From Coleofasciculus sp. B1-GNL1-01 (GTDB lineage Bacteria > Cyanobacteriota > Cyanobacteriia > Cyanobacteriales > Coleofasciculaceae): a stretch of 64,000 bases of DNA. Under the pieces are notes generated by a model. The model saw only the letters and a program-made list of their open reading frames with translations, ran no database searches and was not told the origin of the DNA. The stretch is from the NCBI GenBank assembly GCA_040220235.1, contig JAVJTO010000047.1; one strand, 5' to 3'. Below, one piece after another: positions 10,183-20,830 of the stretch. A program made the translations under genes and the position numbers. How positions within the stretch are numbered: the stretch's first letter is position 1; every line of letters starts with the position of its first letter.

Positions 10183-10535
10183 AGCGCACCGTTGTCAGAT
10201 CGTACTGTATGGTTTGACGCCCAAAAGCTATCGCCTGTAAGTCAGTGGACTTTCATTAAAGTTGACAGTTGAGATGAGGGAGCAAGAAACGGGGAATCGG
10301 CAACAACGGCGGGCGATGTCAGACATTTTTTTTCTTATTCTGCACCTTTTGGTTACAATATTTATATAACATCAACCCTCTATAGACAATAAGATTTTAG
10401 TCCCTTTCCTGAGCGAGTCATTTTACCTATCAGTCTTCAATACGTTAGTCATTCTGAAGCAATAGGCACAAACAAACTTGGGAAATTGAAGAATAGGCAT
10501 TGATAAAATAGCGGCGATTTTTTAGCCGAAAGCTG

Positions 10536-12620
10536 ATGAATGAATCTCTAACATTTTTACAAACAGGGCTACCCGAAGGTCCAATTGTTGCGTTTACTAT
10601 TCTGCTGTTAGTCAGTTTAACCATTCCCCCGTTGTTCGAGCGCCTGGGATTGCCTGGGTTAGTCGGATTGCTGTTGGCAGGAGTCCTCCTGGGTTCCAAT
10701 GGGTTGCAGCTATTGGATGCTGACAGCGAAACCATGAAATTGCTATCGGATATTGGCAAAATTTATCTGATGTTTGTGGCTGGGCTAGAAATTGACTTAG
10801 TGCAGTTCCGCAAGAAGAAACATCGCTCTTTAGTGTTTGGATTGATGACCTTTATCGTACCACTCGCTACCAGTATGATAATTGGGCGATTCTTTGGTTT
10901 TGGTTGGAATACATCCCTGTTGATGGGGTCTTTATTTGCCTCCCATACTCTATTAGGGTATCCTATCATCCAGCGCTTGGGTTTAGTTGAGAAAGAACCC
11001 GTGATTGTTACCATTGGCGCGACAATTTTTACTGATATCAGTGCGCTACTCGTCCTAGCCATCTGCGTTTCGATTAACGCCGGAGAGTTTTCTGTCTATA
11101 GTTTGTTTCAGCAATTGGTGGCATTAGCTATTTACACCGCCATCGTTTTATTTGGCTTTGACTGGGTAGGGAAGGAACATTTTCGGCGGACGGGAGATGA
11201 TGAGGGGAATCAATTTTTGTTCGTACTCCTAGCCGTGTTTCTGGCTTCGGTGGGGGCAGAAATTATTCAGGTGGATCAGATTGTCGGTGCTTTCATGGCG
11301 GGTTTGGCGGTTAATGATGTGGTGGGAAACTCACCCGTGAAAGACAAAGTGGAGTTTGTGGGTAGTGTTTTATTTATCCCCTTTTTCTTTGTAGACATGG
11401 GCTTACTCCTCGACATTCCCGTGTTTATCGAAAGCCTCACCACCAGTTTTTGGCTAACCCTAGCCATTGTTGGGGGATTACTGGGGAGTAAATTCCTCGC
11501 CGCCGCGATCGCAAAAGTCCTCTATCGTTACAGTTTTGACGAGATGATGGTGATCTGGTCCTTGTCTATCCCCCAAGTCGCCGCCACACTAGCCGCCGCG
11601 TTGGTGGGTTTGCAGGTGGGGTTAATTACAGACACCGTCTTTAACAGCGTCATTGTCTTGATGCTGATTACCTCCATCCTAGGTCCCCTACTAACCGGAA
11701 AATTTGCGCCGAAACTTCCTTTACCCAAAGCCAGCCCCAAAAGTAACCAGTCCAAACTTTGGTGGGAAAAACCTCACTCTAAATCGACAGAGGAACAAGA
11801 ATCCGTTCCGTTTACGATAATTGTACCTGTGAGCAAAAGTCAAACCAAAGGGTATTTGATGGAAATGGCAGCCCTGCTAGCGCATCACCAATCCGGTCAA
11901 ATTATACCGCTCTCTATTTCTCCAGCCCATACCTACATGGACGAACCCCAGATGCAGGTTAACCTACGCCAAAGTCGGCGACTCCTAAACAAAGCGCTAA
12001 CCATTAGTTCAGAATTTGAGGCTGAGGCGAAACCGAGACTGCGGATTGAGAATGACATCGCCTCTGGCATTGTTCACACCGCCCGTGAACAAGATGCCAG
12101 TTTAATTGTTATGAGTTGGCGCAAAAATACCGGATTGCGGGCACGTTTGTTTGGCACAATCATTAACCGGGTATTTTGGGCATCTCATTGTCCAGTTGCA
12201 GTGATGCGACTCTTAGATGAACCCGTCAACCTGCGGAAAATTTTGGTTCCCGCGAAGAACTTTTCGCCCCAGACAATCCGCACGGTGAGATTTGCTCAAC
12301 TCCTAGCGGATACCCATCAAGGGGAAGTGAAACTGCTGCACGTTTGTCCGGCTAAAACGGCATCTTCTGACATAGCAGCGATTGAAGATGAGTATATTAA
12401 TATGCTAAATGTCACGGGAGGGCAGGTAAAATCAGAAGTGCAAGTAATTCAAGCTGACGATGTAGCGCTGGCGATTTTGAAAGTAGCTAAGTTAGCGGAT
12501 ATGGTCATTTTGCGCTCTTTGCGTCGCCGTACTATTGCGGGGTTAGCGGTGAGCGATATTACCACACAATTGATTAAAGAACTGACCTGCTCATTAGTGT
12601 TGTTTGGGGAACCGTATTAA
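10536..12620 (+). CDS. CPA2 cation:proton antiporter with C-terminal USP-like domains (NhaS5-like)
   Basis: Many TM helices, MFVAGLEID, ASHTLLGYPI, GATIFTDI; USP-type RLFGTIINRVFWASHCPVAV. Confidence 0.88.
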   Translation: MNESLTFLQTGLPEGPIVAFTILLLVSLTIPPLFERLGLPGLVGLLLAGVLLGSNGLQLLDADSETMKLLSDIGKIYLMFVAGLEIDLVQFRKKKHRSLVFGLMTFIVPLATSMIIGRFFGFGWNTSLLMGSLFASHTLLGYPIIQRLGLVEKEPVIVTIGATIFTDISALLVLAICVSINAGEFSVYSLFQQLVALAIYTAIVLFGFDWVGKEHFRRTGDDEGNQFLFVLLAVFLASVGAEIIQVDQIVGAFMAGLAVNDVVGNSPVKDKVEFVGSVLFIPFFFVDMGLLLDIPVFIESLTTSFWLTLAIVGGLLGSKFLAAAIAKVLYRYSFDEMMVIWSLSIPQVAATLAAALVGLQVGLITDTVFNSVIVLMLITSILGPLLTGKFAPKLPLPKASPKSNQSKLWWEKPHSKSTEEQESVPFTIIVPVSKSQTKGYLMEMAALLAHHQSGQIIPLSISPAHTYMDEPQMQVNLRQSRRLLNKALTISSEFEAEAKPRLRIENDIASGIVHTAREQDASLIVMSWRKNTGLRARLFGTIINRVFWASHCPVAVMRLLDEPVNLRKILVPAKNFSPQTIRTVRFAQLLADTHQGEVKLLHVCPAKTASSDIAAIEDEYINMLNVTGGQVKSEVQVIQADDVALAILKVAKLADMVILRSLRRRTIAGLAVSDITTQLIKELTCSLVLFGEPY

Positions 12621-12669
12621 GAGCAATGGTACTGAAAAACGTGGATTTTGGGATTCCCGAAATCCTTAA

Positions 12670-12797
12670 TAAGCTGTCATGCATTTAAATTGGGAATGGT
12701 TAGCGAGCAAGATGCAAAGCCTGCGGCATGGCTTCGCTAAACGCACTACAAGGATTTTGCCATTCTTGACATTAAGGTTTAAATGCCGAACAGCTTA
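12670..12797. mobile_element. 128-bp MITE-like element, copy 2 (inverted)
   Basis: Reverse complement of 146-273 with few substitutions. Confidence 0.8.
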
Positions 12798-12898
12798 TAC
12801 CGTAGGGTGGGTTTCGACTTCGCTCAACCCACCAGCCAAAATTTCAGTACCCTTCGTATTAAGGGGACAGAGAACGAGAAACGGAAAGGATGAGACTT

Positions 12899-13245
12899 TC
12901 ACAAAGGCAAATAGAGTACAATGCCTTTCCACTCTGACTGTTGACTACAATCAACCAGTAATAGTAATTCATCAATTACTTGTCTGATTGGCATCCGATC
13001 ATTAACAACAAACAACCCCGACATTTCCTCTCCTCTTGTCAGTCGCTCATAAGCAAAGTTTGGCATAGTTGCACGATCATGAGTCAAAACAATGCGATTA
13101 TTTGCTGCTGCCCAGTCCAGAATAGCTGGATCACCAACTGCCCGCAGACCAATATCCTGAATGCGAACTAAGTCCAAATTAGGTTCACGCAAAAATAGCC
13201 CCGAACGATATCGCCGTGGAAGTTTTCATCACTCAGCAATTTCAT
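12899..13245 (-). pseudogene. DUF5615 PIN-like toxin, frameshifted
   Basis: ATG at 13245 gives MKLLSDENFHGDIVRG; the rest (LFLREPNLDLVRIQD...IVLTHDRATM) is in another frame; the shift lies in a G4 run at 13199-13202. Confidence 0.8.
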
Positions 13246-13582
13246 GATTCTTACTTTGTTTCTGCTGAGATAACAAGCGAGAACGAATTACACTTAAATC
13301 AGGTTGAACACTCAATAAACGCTGACGCACAGATTCAGCCAACTGCTCTCGACGGTTAAGATAGACTTCCACAGCGTCTTGGTGTCGGAGATAATAACCA
13401 ATTGTGGTATAAACATCAGATAACGATAGTGTTGAATAACGCTGAACAATGGATTCAGGAGAAGCACCATCCTGAAAAGCGCGAATCACTAACTCCAGCA
13501 AAACCCTTGAATTTCCGACTCGAATCGCTCCTGTTGAATCCTCAAAAAGAGGTGGCATTTCACGCTCTAAAGTCAGACTCAT
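13229..13582 (-). CDS. DUF433 family putative antitoxin
   Basis: GAIRVGNSRVLLELVIRAFQDGASPESIVQRYSTLSLSDVY; overlaps the DUF5615 start. Confidence 0.88.
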   Translation of the reverse strand: MSLTLEREMPPLFEDSTGAIRVGNSRVLLELVIRAFQDGASPESIVQRYSTLSLSDVYTTIGYYLRHQDAVEVYLNRREQLAESVRQRLLSVQPDLSVIRSRLLSQQKQSKNHEIAE

Positions 13583-13706
13583 TTACTCATGCCTCCTACA
13601 GGTCTACATTAGAAATAATCATAACTGAAATCAACCGCACTCGGATTGGACATCAGTTGTTGTTATCACTGGCACAAAATCTTTACTCATCACAGTTTTG
13701 CCTAAC

Positions 13707-14480
13707 ATGAATCCCTACGCTATTATTTCTCAAACTCAACGCCAACGAGTCAGCGATGGTATAACGCGATCGCTTCTAGACAACTGCGAGAATGCGCCCC
13801 GTATCCTGGTACTCGTTTGGTCTCAACTCGGTGACTTTGACACCCTCGAATATGCCTGGTGGTTACAGCGTGAGTCTGAACAGTTGCAGGCTAAGGGAAT
13901 CGCCATTCGTGCGGTGGGGATTGGCAATCTGGATTCAGGAAAACAATTTTGTCAGTATACCGGATTTCCGGCGGAGTGGTTGTTTGTTGATCCAGAGGCT
14001 CAATTGCATCGCCAGCTTAACCTCTATCCTGGGTTAAATCTCAAACTTCCGGGACTTTCTACCTCACAAAGGGCTTGGTTGAATCTACTCTTAATGTGTG
14101 CGGGGATTGGTAGCCCAGGTACGCTTGCAGAAGTGTTCCGAGGTTATCGGGGCGATCGCAATGCACCTCAGCTTATTGGCGATGAGGAAGTTGTCAAAGC
14201 GAAACCCTTACCCCCTCTCAAAGGCTCATTTTTTCAATTTGCTGGGGGAAGTGGATATCAGCGCCCTTTTGAACTCGCCACCTTAAGACTACGGAATATG
14301 GTAGAAGTGTTAAGCCATTGGAAAACTTACGTTCCCAATCCCGCCTATATGACCCAGCGAGGTGCAACCTTCCTATTTGATACAGATGGGAAGCTACTGT
14401 ACGAACATCGCGATCGCGGAATACTCGGCTTTGCTGCCAACATGAGCCGCCCCTTATCATTTTTAGATGAAATAGGGTAA
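13707..14480 (+). CDS. Peroxiredoxin-like AhpC/TSA-2 family protein
   Basis: QLGDFDTLEYAWWL, LMCAGIGSPGTL, RPFELATLRL, TQRGATFLFD; ATG at 13707 preferred to TTG at 13698. Confidence 0.8.
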   Translation: MNPYAIISQTQRQRVSDGITRSLLDNCENAPRILVLVWSQLGDFDTLEYAWWLQRESEQLQAKGIAIRAVGIGNLDSGKQFCQYTGFPAEWLFVDPEAQLHRQLNLYPGLNLKLPGLSTSQRAWLNLLLMCAGIGSPGTLAEVFRGYRGDRNAPQLIGDEEVVKAKPLPPLKGSFFQFAGGSGYQRPFELATLRLRNMVEVLSHWKTYVPNPAYMTQRGATFLFDTDGKLLYEHRDRGILGFAANMSRPLSFLDEIG

Positions 14481-14561
14481 AAGGGTAGAAGGATAGCGAT
14501 CGCATCGATTCCGGAATAAAAGTACAGACAATTGGTAATTGAGTAAGAAAGAAAGTTTTAT

Positions 14562-14653
14562 GTAGGGGCGGGTTTTACTATTATCATTTTTTACCTCACC
14601 CAGAGGTAACTAAACCCGCCCCGATGTAGAGACGTAGCATGCTACGTCTCTAC
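14562..14653. repeat. REP pair followed by perfect palindrome GTAGAGACGTAGCATGCTACGTCTCTAC
   Basis: GTAGGGGCGGGTTT...AAACCCGCCCC, then a 28-bp palindrome at 14626-14653. Confidence 0.85.
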
Positions 14654-14676
14654 TCCTTCAAAGATATACCTGAATC

Positions 14677-17478
14677 ATGAACTATTGTTTTCCCAAACCA
14701 AATTCCCCTTTCCTCTGGATTCCCAGCAATCTTCTCCTCAGCCTTCTCATCTTCATCAGCACAGCCAATGCCGAAATAATCCCCGATAACGATAACTTTT
14801 CAACCAACACCAACGTTACCAATGGTGAGATTCAAGGTGGAATCCGAACCGGAAATCATCTCCTCCACAGTTTCCAAGAATTTTCTATTCCTACCAACTC
14901 CCAAGCCATCTTTAAACTGACTCCCCAGAACCTAGACATAGAAACTATTATTAGCCGCGTCACAGGCAACAAGACATCCATCATAGATGGCATCCTTGCC
15001 GCAGATGGCACCGCCAACCTAATCCTAATTAACCCCAACGGGATTATAGTTGGCGCTAATGCCCAACTCAATATCAATGGCTCCTTTTTAGCCAGCACCG
15101 CCAACAGTGTTATTTTTGCTGATGGCAGTGAATTCAGCACCACCAATCCCCAACTCCCGCCCCTGCTCACCATTAACGTACCGATTGGTTTACAGTTTGG
15201 TGAAAATCCAGCACCGATTATTCATCAAGCAAATAGTAACCTGTCAGTAAACCCCGGTCAAACCTTAGCACTGGTGGGAGGAAATTTATCATTAAATGGA
15301 GCCAATTTAACAGCACCACAAGGGCGAATTGAATTAGGGAGTGTGGCAAGTTTTGGACAAGTGACTCTGACACCTATAACCCCAGGTTTTGCCTTAGATT
15401 ATTCCGATATACAAGAATTTGGCAGCATTAATTTAACTGATGCAACAGCTATCAACACCAGTGGTTTAGGGGGTGGCATAATTCAGGTGCGGGGGGGACA
15501 AATCACCCTGACTCAAGGCTCAAACCTAGTGGCAGAAACCTTCGGTAATGTGAACGGCGGCGGGATTGATATTCAGGCAAATCAGGTGACATTGCAACAA
15601 GGTTCCTTTGCTTCTACCTCTACATTTGGTGCAGGTACAGGAGGCAATCTGACCATTCGTGCTGACCAAGTGGAAGTAACTGGCACAACTCCTCTAGAAC
15701 CCTCACGGCAGCTTCTATTCAGAACATTTGACCCCCTTAATCCTAGTAATGGTTTATTTAGCGTAAGTGGTGGACAGGGTGATGCTGGATATTTAACCAT
15801 TGAAACCAACCAATTGATTGTGCAGAACGGCGCGGCTATCTTAACCACCGCATTGGCTGGGGGTGATGGTGGCGATTTAACCTTAAACGTTTCGGAGTTG
15901 GCAGATTTAACCAGTGGGTCTCTGTTAGCCACAGGAACTATCGCTCAAGGAAATGCTGGTGATTTTACAATAACCACAAATCAATTGAGAGTGCTAGACG
16001 GTACATCCCTAAGCACCACTCCTGGCGGTACAAGTCAGGGTGAGGGGGGGAATCTAAGCGTAACGGCTGAATTGGTGGAACTCAGAGGAACTCCAGCCAA
16101 TGCGGTTGTTCCCGGCGGGTTGTTCACAGCGACGCTGGGTGCGGGGGATGCAGGTGACTTTACCCTGAATACAGGTCAACTCATTGTTGCTGATGGGTCA
16201 CAAATCTCAGCGTCAGCGGCGGGTGGGGGACGCGGGGGAAATCTGATGATTAACGCTGATACGGTGGAATTGAGGGGAATTTCTGCTGATGGTCAGTTTT
16301 TAAGTGGTTTGTTTACGTCGTCATCGCTATTAACTGTAGAAGGACAAAGGGGAACAGCACCCGCTGGAGATTTAATGATTACCACGCGACGTTTAAGTGT
16401 CCAGGATGGCGCTCAGATTTCCGCCGCCACTGGGGGTGTGGGTACAGCCGGAACGTTAACGATTAATGCGGCTGAATCGGTAACCGTGGCGGGTGTGGCG
16501 ACGGGTGTTGATCCCGCTGTCGAACGTGTCTCCTTTGGCATTATTGGGGATGGTATCGTACCCAGTGCGATTGAAGCGAATACGAGTGGTGCAGGTGGCG
16601 CGGGGGATTTGCAAATTCAAACTGGAGAGTTAAATGTGGGGGATGGCGCAGAAATTGGCGTCAGGGGGACTGCATCGGGTGCTGCTGGTAATTTGGATAT
16701 CATCGCCGATTCGATTTGGCTGGATAACCAAGGGGGAATTAGCGCAGCTACGGTGGCGGGGACAGAGGGAAATATTCGACTCGACGCCTCGAATGTGTTA
16801 CTGCGACGCAATAGTCGGATTACGACGAATACTGAGAACAGTGATGGCGGTAATATCCGCATCAATACCAATCTTTTAGTCGCGATCGATGATAGTGATA
16901 TCACGGCTAATGCTCGTCAAGGTCGAGGCGGTCGTGTTAGTATTACAGCTCAAGGTATTTTTGGCACTCAGTTTCGGGATGAACTGACCCCCAATAGTGA
17001 TATCACTGCCACATCAGATTTAGGACCACAATTTAATGGTCTGGTGACTCTCAATATTCAGGGGATTGACCCGAATCGGGGATTAGTTCGCTTACCGGAA
17101 AGCTTTACTGAACCCAGTGATCAAATTGCCACAGGTTGTGTCGCTGAAACTGGAAATTCCTTTGTCGTGACGGGACGCGGTGGATTACCCGAAGACCCCA
17201 GTCAAATTTTACGTGGTCGAACCCTTTGGCAAGATTTGCGTTCTTTGGATTGGCATGAAGAAAATCTGGAGGAGACGGGACATGGGGAGAATCGACAGCA
17301 ATTCCCATCGACAAGGGAGACAATACATCCAGATGAAAACCTGACCTCTCGCCGTTCTTCTATTGTGGAGGCTAAAGGATGGGTTATTGATGGCGATGGT
17401 AATGTTGAATTGGTGGCTGATATGCCGAATAATAGACTGAGGGGGTTGGAGTCATCCAGAAAATCTTATTGTTATTAA
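14677..17478 (+). CDS. Filamentous haemagglutinin-family (TpsA-like) protein 2
   Basis: Signal ANA-EIIPD; LLHSFQEF, SRVTG, LINPNGI; same C-terminal domain as protein 1. Confidence 0.93.
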   Translation: MNYCFPKPNSPFLWIPSNLLLSLLIFISTANAEIIPDNDNFSTNTNVTNGEIQGGIRTGNHLLHSFQEFSIPTNSQAIFKLTPQNLDIETIISRVTGNKTSIIDGILAADGTANLILINPNGIIVGANAQLNINGSFLASTANSVIFADGSEFSTTNPQLPPLLTINVPIGLQFGENPAPIIHQANSNLSVNPGQTLALVGGNLSLNGANLTAPQGRIELGSVASFGQVTLTPITPGFALDYSDIQEFGSINLTDATAINTSGLGGGIIQVRGGQITLTQGSNLVAETFGNVNGGGIDIQANQVTLQQGSFASTSTFGAGTGGNLTIRADQVEVTGTTPLEPSRQLLFRTFDPLNPSNGLFSVSGGQGDAGYLTIETNQLIVQNGAAILTTALAGGDGGDLTLNVSELADLTSGSLLATGTIAQGNAGDFTITTNQLRVLDGTSLSTTPGGTSQGEGGNLSVTAELVELRGTPANAVVPGGLFTATLGAGDAGDFTLNTGQLIVADGSQISASAAGGGRGGNLMINADTVELRGISADGQFLSGLFTSSSLLTVEGQRGTAPAGDLMITTRRLSVQDGAQISAATGGVGTAGTLTINAAESVTVAGVATGVDPAVERVSFGIIGDGIVPSAIEANTSGAGGAGDLQIQTGELNVGDGAEIGVRGTASGAAGNLDIIADSIWLDNQGGISAATVAGTEGNIRLDASNVLLRRNSRITTNTENSDGGNIRINTNLLVAIDDSDITANARQGRGGRVSITAQGIFGTQFRDELTPNSDITATSDLGPQFNGLVTLNIQGIDPNRGLVRLPESFTEPSDQIATGCVAETGNSFVVTGRGGLPEDPSQILRGRTLWQDLRSLDWHEENLEETGHGENRQQFPSTRETIHPDENLTSRRSSIVEAKGWVIDGDGNVELVADMPNNRLRGLESSRKSYCY

Positions 17479-17486
17479 ATAAAACA

Positions 17487-17650
17487 GTAGGTTGGGTCGA
17501 GGTACGAGACCCAACACAAGCCAATGCTGCAAGGGATAGAGGAGAAGGGGAAGCAGGGGAAAAAAAGTTAAATTTAGAGGTTATCCGAGCGGTATGGCAA
17601 CAGAAGTTAACTTGATACTGTTGGGTTTCACTCCGTTCAACCCAACCTAC
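17487..17650. repeat. REPIN-like element GTAGGTTGGG...CCCAACA / TGTTGGG...CCCAACCTAC
   Basis: Two inverted hairpin REPs; related partial copy at 37723-37780. Confidence 0.75.
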
Positions 17651-17680
17651 TTTAGTAATGACTTAAATTAACAATCACCG

Positions 17681-20506
17681 ATGGGAAGTTTTATTCAGAA
17701 AAAATCATTTATATTACTTTTATTAACCGGAAATTTATTTGTTGACTTACTGGTTTCAAGTAAGATAGCTCATGCCCAGGTTATCCCTGATGACACATTG
17801 CCCCAAAATACAGTGGTCAATCAAGATGGTAATATTAGTGAGATTCAACAAGGGACAAGAGTAGGCGATAATCTATTCCACAGTTTTGAGGAGTTTTCTG
17901 TTTCTGAAGGTTCAACAGCATTTTTTAACCTGGAAATGATTAATCAGGATGTCCAAAATATTATCAGCCGGGTTACAGGCAATAACCCATCAGAAATTAA
18001 TGGCACAATTAAAATTAATAATGCCGCCAATTTATTTTTAATTAACCCTCAAGGTATTGTCTTTGGCGCGAACGCCCAACTCGATGTTGACGGCTCCTTT
18101 TTAGCCAGTACAGCCAATAGCATTCAGTTTCCCGATGGGCAGGAGTTTAGCGCCACCAATTCCTCAACCCCACCCTTATTATCAATAAATGTACCCATTG
18201 GTTTGCAGTTTGGTGCAAATCCGGCTCCCATCAGCAATCAATCGACGGCTGGCTTACAAGTAAATTCAGGTCAAACTTTAGCCCTAGTCGGTGGTGAACT
18301 GCGGTTTCCGGGAGGACATTTGACAGCACCTCAAGGGCGAATTGAATTAGGTAGTGTTGGTGCGAATAGTTTTGTCCAGATTATGCCAACGATTAATGGC
18401 TTCACTCTGGGATATGAACAAGTGAAAAATTTCCAAGATATAAACCTATCCCAGCAATCTGTTGTAGATGTTAGTGGTACAGGTAGCGGGTTTATTCACA
18501 TCCAAGGTGGTCAGGTAAACCTAACCCAAGCGTCACAAATTCTGGCGAATACAGAAGGTAATCTTGACGGCGGTGATATTACGATTCAAGCGGAACAATT
18601 AAACCTAAAAGAGGGCGCTTTTGTTTCGGCGTCTACCTTTGGTGATGGGGCGGCTGGTCGCTTGATGGTCAATGCTGCATCAGTGGAAATTATTGGCATA
18701 AGAAATCTACAAGAGGTATTAGATACACTTTTTGAGGAGAAAACAATTACCCTTCCGGAGTTGGGTACGGGTCTATTTTCGCTAAGTTTCGGTTCTGGTG
18801 CAGCAAATAGCTTAATCATTAATACGGAAACATTAAGTTTGCAAGAGGGTGGTTTTATCTCAACTTCTCCCTTTAGCACGGGTTCAGGCGGTGATATGGT
18901 TGTCAGGGCGTCTGAATCGGTGGAATTGGTGGGTTCAGAACTATTTGCTGATAGTTATGGCAAAGGAGATGCAGGTCAACTAACCGTACAAACCCGACAG
19001 TTAAGGGCTAGCGAAGGAGGTGGAATATTTAACTCTACCTTTGATGCAGGGCGTGGCGGAAATGTGCTAATTCAAGCATCCGATTCCATTGAACTAATGG
19101 GAACAACACCCGATGGTCGATTCAAAAGTTCTATTGCGTCTAATGCGTTTGAGGATGCGACTCAAGCCACGGGAAATGTGATCATTGAAACTCGACACTT
19201 AACGATTCAGGAGGGGGCGGGAATTGGCGCTTCTACATTAGGTTCAGCTCAAGGCGGAACAGTGAAGATTCAGGCGTCAGAGAGTGTGGAACTGATTGGT
19301 ACTTCAGCGAATGGTCAAGAATTGAGTAGTTTGAATACACAAAGTTTTGGCACAGGTGCGGCGGGGGATATTGAGGTTTATACTAGGCGATTAGTCCTGC
19401 GTGATGGCGGAGTGATTTCAACCACCACGCAAAATGCTGGGCGGGCGGGACGATTAGTGGTTAGAACATCAGAATCTGTGGAACTGAGTGGTATTTCCGC
19501 CGATGGTAAGTTTCCCAGTAGTTTACGCTCCGATGCATCGTCTGATTCTGTTCCCAGTGGTTTTATTCCACCACCTCAGACTGAGGTATTAGGGGAAGCG
19601 GGGGATGTCACGATTGAGACAGGACGTTTAATCATCCAAGATGGAGCAGAAGTCACGGTCAATGGGGAAAAGTTCGCCGCCGCAGGGAATTTGAGAGTTA
19701 ATGCTGATTTAATTTGGTTAAAAAACGGTAGTACAATTTCAGCGACAACGCGAGCGGGGACAGAGGGGAATATCACACTGCAAACGCAAAATTTGTTGCT
19801 ACAGAATCAGAGTCAAATTAGCACGAATGCGGAGAATACCAATGGCGGTAATATTACGATTGATACCGATACGTTAGTTGCCCTGAACAATAGTGATATC
19901 AGTGCCAACGCCCAAGCGGGATCAGGAGGTCGAGTTACGATTAATGCGTTTGGTATTTTTGGCACAAAATGTCGAGAACGAAAATGTCGAGAACGGTTAA
20001 CTCCGGAGAGTGATATCACAGCCACATCAGCCCTGGGATCGGAATTTAGCGGTATCGTCAATATCAATATTCAGGCGATTGATCCCAATCAAGGATTAAT
20101 CCGGTTACCCGAAAACTTTACTGAACCCAATAACCAAATTGTTACAGCTTGCGATGTGGAGCAAGGCAATTCCTTTGTGGTAACTGGACGAGGAGGTTTA
20201 CCCGAAGACCCCACTCAAACCCTGCGAGGTCGAACCCTTTGGCAGGATTTACGGGCTTTAGCGTTAAATGAAGATAAAGGAGATTATGTAGAGACGTTGC
20301 ATGCACCGTCTGGGAGTGGAGCGAGTAGAGACGTGACCATGGAGCGTCTGGAAGCTGGGGGAGAATCTTCTTCTGAGCGTCGCTCACCCATTGTAGAAGC
20401 TCAAGGATGGATCATTAATTCTCAAGGTCAGGTTGAGTTAGTAGCTCATGTTCCTGAAGTTACTCCCCACAGTTCCTGGTATGGAGCAGCAACATGCTTA
20501 AATTAA
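17681..20506 (+). CDS. Filamentous haemagglutinin-family (TpsA-like) protein 3
   Basis: Signal AHA-QVIPD; NLFHSFEEF, LINPQGI; same C-terminal domain. Confidence 0.93.
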   Translation: MGSFIQKKSFILLLLTGNLFVDLLVSSKIAHAQVIPDDTLPQNTVVNQDGNISEIQQGTRVGDNLFHSFEEFSVSEGSTAFFNLEMINQDVQNIISRVTGNNPSEINGTIKINNAANLFLINPQGIVFGANAQLDVDGSFLASTANSIQFPDGQEFSATNSSTPPLLSINVPIGLQFGANPAPISNQSTAGLQVNSGQTLALVGGELRFPGGHLTAPQGRIELGSVGANSFVQIMPTINGFTLGYEQVKNFQDINLSQQSVVDVSGTGSGFIHIQGGQVNLTQASQILANTEGNLDGGDITIQAEQLNLKEGAFVSASTFGDGAAGRLMVNAASVEIIGIRNLQEVLDTLFEEKTITLPELGTGLFSLSFGSGAANSLIINTETLSLQEGGFISTSPFSTGSGGDMVVRASESVELVGSELFADSYGKGDAGQLTVQTRQLRASEGGGIFNSTFDAGRGGNVLIQASDSIELMGTTPDGRFKSSIASNAFEDATQATGNVIIETRHLTIQEGAGIGASTLGSAQGGTVKIQASESVELIGTSANGQELSSLNTQSFGTGAAGDIEVYTRRLVLRDGGVISTTTQNAGRAGRLVVRTSESVELSGISADGKFPSSLRSDASSDSVPSGFIPPPQTEVLGEAGDVTIETGRLIIQDGAEVTVNGEKFAAAGNLRVNADLIWLKNGSTISATTRAGTEGNITLQTQNLLLQNQSQISTNAENTNGGNITIDTDTLVALNNSDISANAQAGSGGRVTINAFGIFGTKCRERKCRERLTPESDITATSALGSEFSGIVNINIQAIDPNQGLIRLPENFTEPNNQIVTACDVEQGNSFVVTGRGGLPEDPTQTLRGRTLWQDLRALALNEDKGDYVETLHAPSGSGASRDVTMERLEAGGESSSERRSPIVEAQGWIINSQGQVELVAHVPEVTPHSSWYGAATCLN

Positions 20507-20578
20507 GTTATAAGCACGTCCTCGAACGAAATTAAGCCCTGAACTAAAGTACTCGAAGAGAAGCCGCTTCGCGTCTAC

Positions 20579-20760
20579 GGGCTAAAAGCTTAAACCCGTT
20601 AAAACGGGTTCACATCATGTCCTGACGATTGCCCATAATTGCAAAGCTGTAAAAACAAGGATTGCAGGCGTCTTTATTCAGGGGTGTTTGACCAGACATG
20701 ATATGACATGAATCATGCACCCAGATTTATATTATGGGTGATTTGCCGGACATGATATTA
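20579..20760. repeat. Cluster of small dispersed repeats
   Basis: GGGCTAAAAGCTTAAACCCGTTAAAACGGGTTC (copy at 35151-35183); ATCATGTCC...GGACATGAT inverted ends. Confidence 0.65.
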
Positions 20761-20830
20761 CCCAATCACTGAGCAACCCAACTAGCCCTTATTCATAATA
20801 TTCATAAGTCATCGTTTTATTCTTTCCCTC

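Noticed and set aside
12679..12987. 102-aa ORF
   Set aside because: Translates through the MITE and REP and antisense into DUF5615
572..20067. Many antisense ORFs of 60-130 aa within the TpsA genes
   Set aside because: Shadow ORFs caused by Gly/Thr/Ser-rich codons; no independent motifs
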